Shown: piece after piece, positions 63,082-64,000 of the stretch | Position numbering within the stretch: position 1 is the first letter of the stretch | How the letters are laid out: the number at the start of each line of letters is the position of its first letter | Assembly (NCBI GenBank): GCA_032718475.1 | Contig: JAUCBJ010002695.1 | Coordinates: 17,905-81,904, forward strand | Length of the DNA: 64,000 bases | Origin: Nemertoderma westbladi | Taxonomy: Eukaryota > Animalia > Xenacoelomorpha | Direction: 5' to 3' | Notes under the pieces: model-generated | Told to the model about the DNA's origin: nothing | The model's database searches: none | What the model saw: only the letters and a program-made list of their open reading frames with translations | Position numbers and translations under genes: made by a program

Positions 63082-64000
63082 ATGGCCTTAACGCAAAAAA
63101 CCGGAGCAACAAATAGCTGGAAATTCACTTACAATAAATATACTTGTACCGTTGTTTACAGCAAGTATTTTATTGTGGAATCTCAGGGAGACAACGAATC
63201 AATTTGTTTTTCTCATCAAGATACCCGCTATTTGCTAGACATTCTAGAAACAACAACCGACAACCAACATCAATCCAGACCAGCAATTATACCAGGTAGG
63301 ATATATCCAACTCCTCGTTTTGCGCGGGGAAATTTGAATATTTCCATCAACCCCGCGTCGGGTGATGTTTACGTTCAGAAACAGGGCAAATGCAAAGTCC
63401 TCAACAAAGCTTTTACTGAAGTTCTAATACAATACAGAGGGAAATTATTGCAATTTCTCTCTCCACCGCTAGAGATTATTAGCGATCAATTCTACATTGA
63501 ATTATCAAATCCAGAGTTTATTGGATTTGTAACAGCTTTTAAAGGAACCAACTATGTTGGCTTATGGAAAATCAGCGTCAGATACGTTGACAGTGTTGGT
63601 TTTAACTATTATACAGGTTTCAATTTGTCAAAACAGGAACTAACTGTTTTGTTGCGAGAGTGGGACAACCAAGTCGTTGAAACAGACAAACATCTTTTTG
63701 ATAAAAATATCATTCAATTATCAGACCGTCTCAAAATGATTAAAACCAATAATAAAAAAATTATTATCACCAACACCGATAATTCTACTGAAGTAGGTGC
63801 CGGTGGAAATTCTATCGAGTTGCATTACTTGAATGATAAAGCTCATATTAGTTTTCTCAATGAATCGATGGATGGCGTCTCTCTTACTGAAGCCCGCGTT
63901 GATGGTTTTGTCCTTTTGGATAAACCTAAAGCGTTCGTAGAGATCCCATCACCTAATCCAGATGTTGAAGAGAGTTGCTCTCAACCACTGCAGCAGCAGG
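63082..64000 (+). CDS. Uninterrupted ORF of at least 306 aa that runs off the window; unknown protein with a possible PC4-like ssDNA-binding segment
   Basis: Manual translation MALTQKTGATNSWKF…SQPLQQQ has no stop; it is absent from the ORF track. The segment FVTAFKGTNYVGLWK…TGFNLSKQELTVL resembles the PC4 pattern. Confidence 0.7.
   Translation, partial: MALTQKTGATNSWKFTYNKYTCTVVYSKYFIVESQGDNESICFSHQDTRYLLDILETTTDNQHQSRPAIIPGRIYPTPRFARGNLNISINPASGDVYVQKQGKCKVLNKAFTEVLIQYRGKLLQFLSPPLEIISDQFYIELSNPEFIGFVTAFKGTNYVGLWKISVRYVDSVGFNYYTGFNLSKQELTVLLREWDNQVVETDKHLFDKNIIQLSDRLKMIKTNNKKIIITNTDNSTEVGAGGNSIELHYLNDKAHISFLNESMDGVSLTEARVDGFVLLDKPKAFVEIPSPNPDVEESCSQPLQQQ

Overview
Eukaryotic, most likely invertebrate, AT-rich genomic DNA made almost entirely of nested and mostly decayed transposable elements. 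From left to right: a 24-bp tandem array and a nest of TIR elements around a complete Merlin transposon (1-5515); a secreted Cys-rich three-repeat gene interrupted by a TIR element that could splice out in frame (5537-7958); a 5'-broken tRNA-Ile; and a ~2.2-kb duplicated host segment whose two copies give each other's empty sites for a Mag-like Ty3/gypsy element (11138-16297), a 17-kb BEL/Pao element (16479-33425) and a CR1/L2-type LINE (35798-40563). Further right are an hATx-like transposase split by a LINE fragment, more BEL/Pao relics, a piggyBac-type MITE, and an open ORF with a PC4-like segment that runs off the window end behind a perfect 31-bp hairpin. The most notable observation is that the BEL/Pao element carries, between pol and the 3' LTR, an extra ~770-codon ORF with a DEDDy (WRN/RNase D-like) 3'-5' exonuclease and three CCHC knuckles. 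It also lacks a TGG-type primer-binding site and has a very long low-complexity Gag N-terminus. Family names come from motif recognition by eye; no database searches were run.
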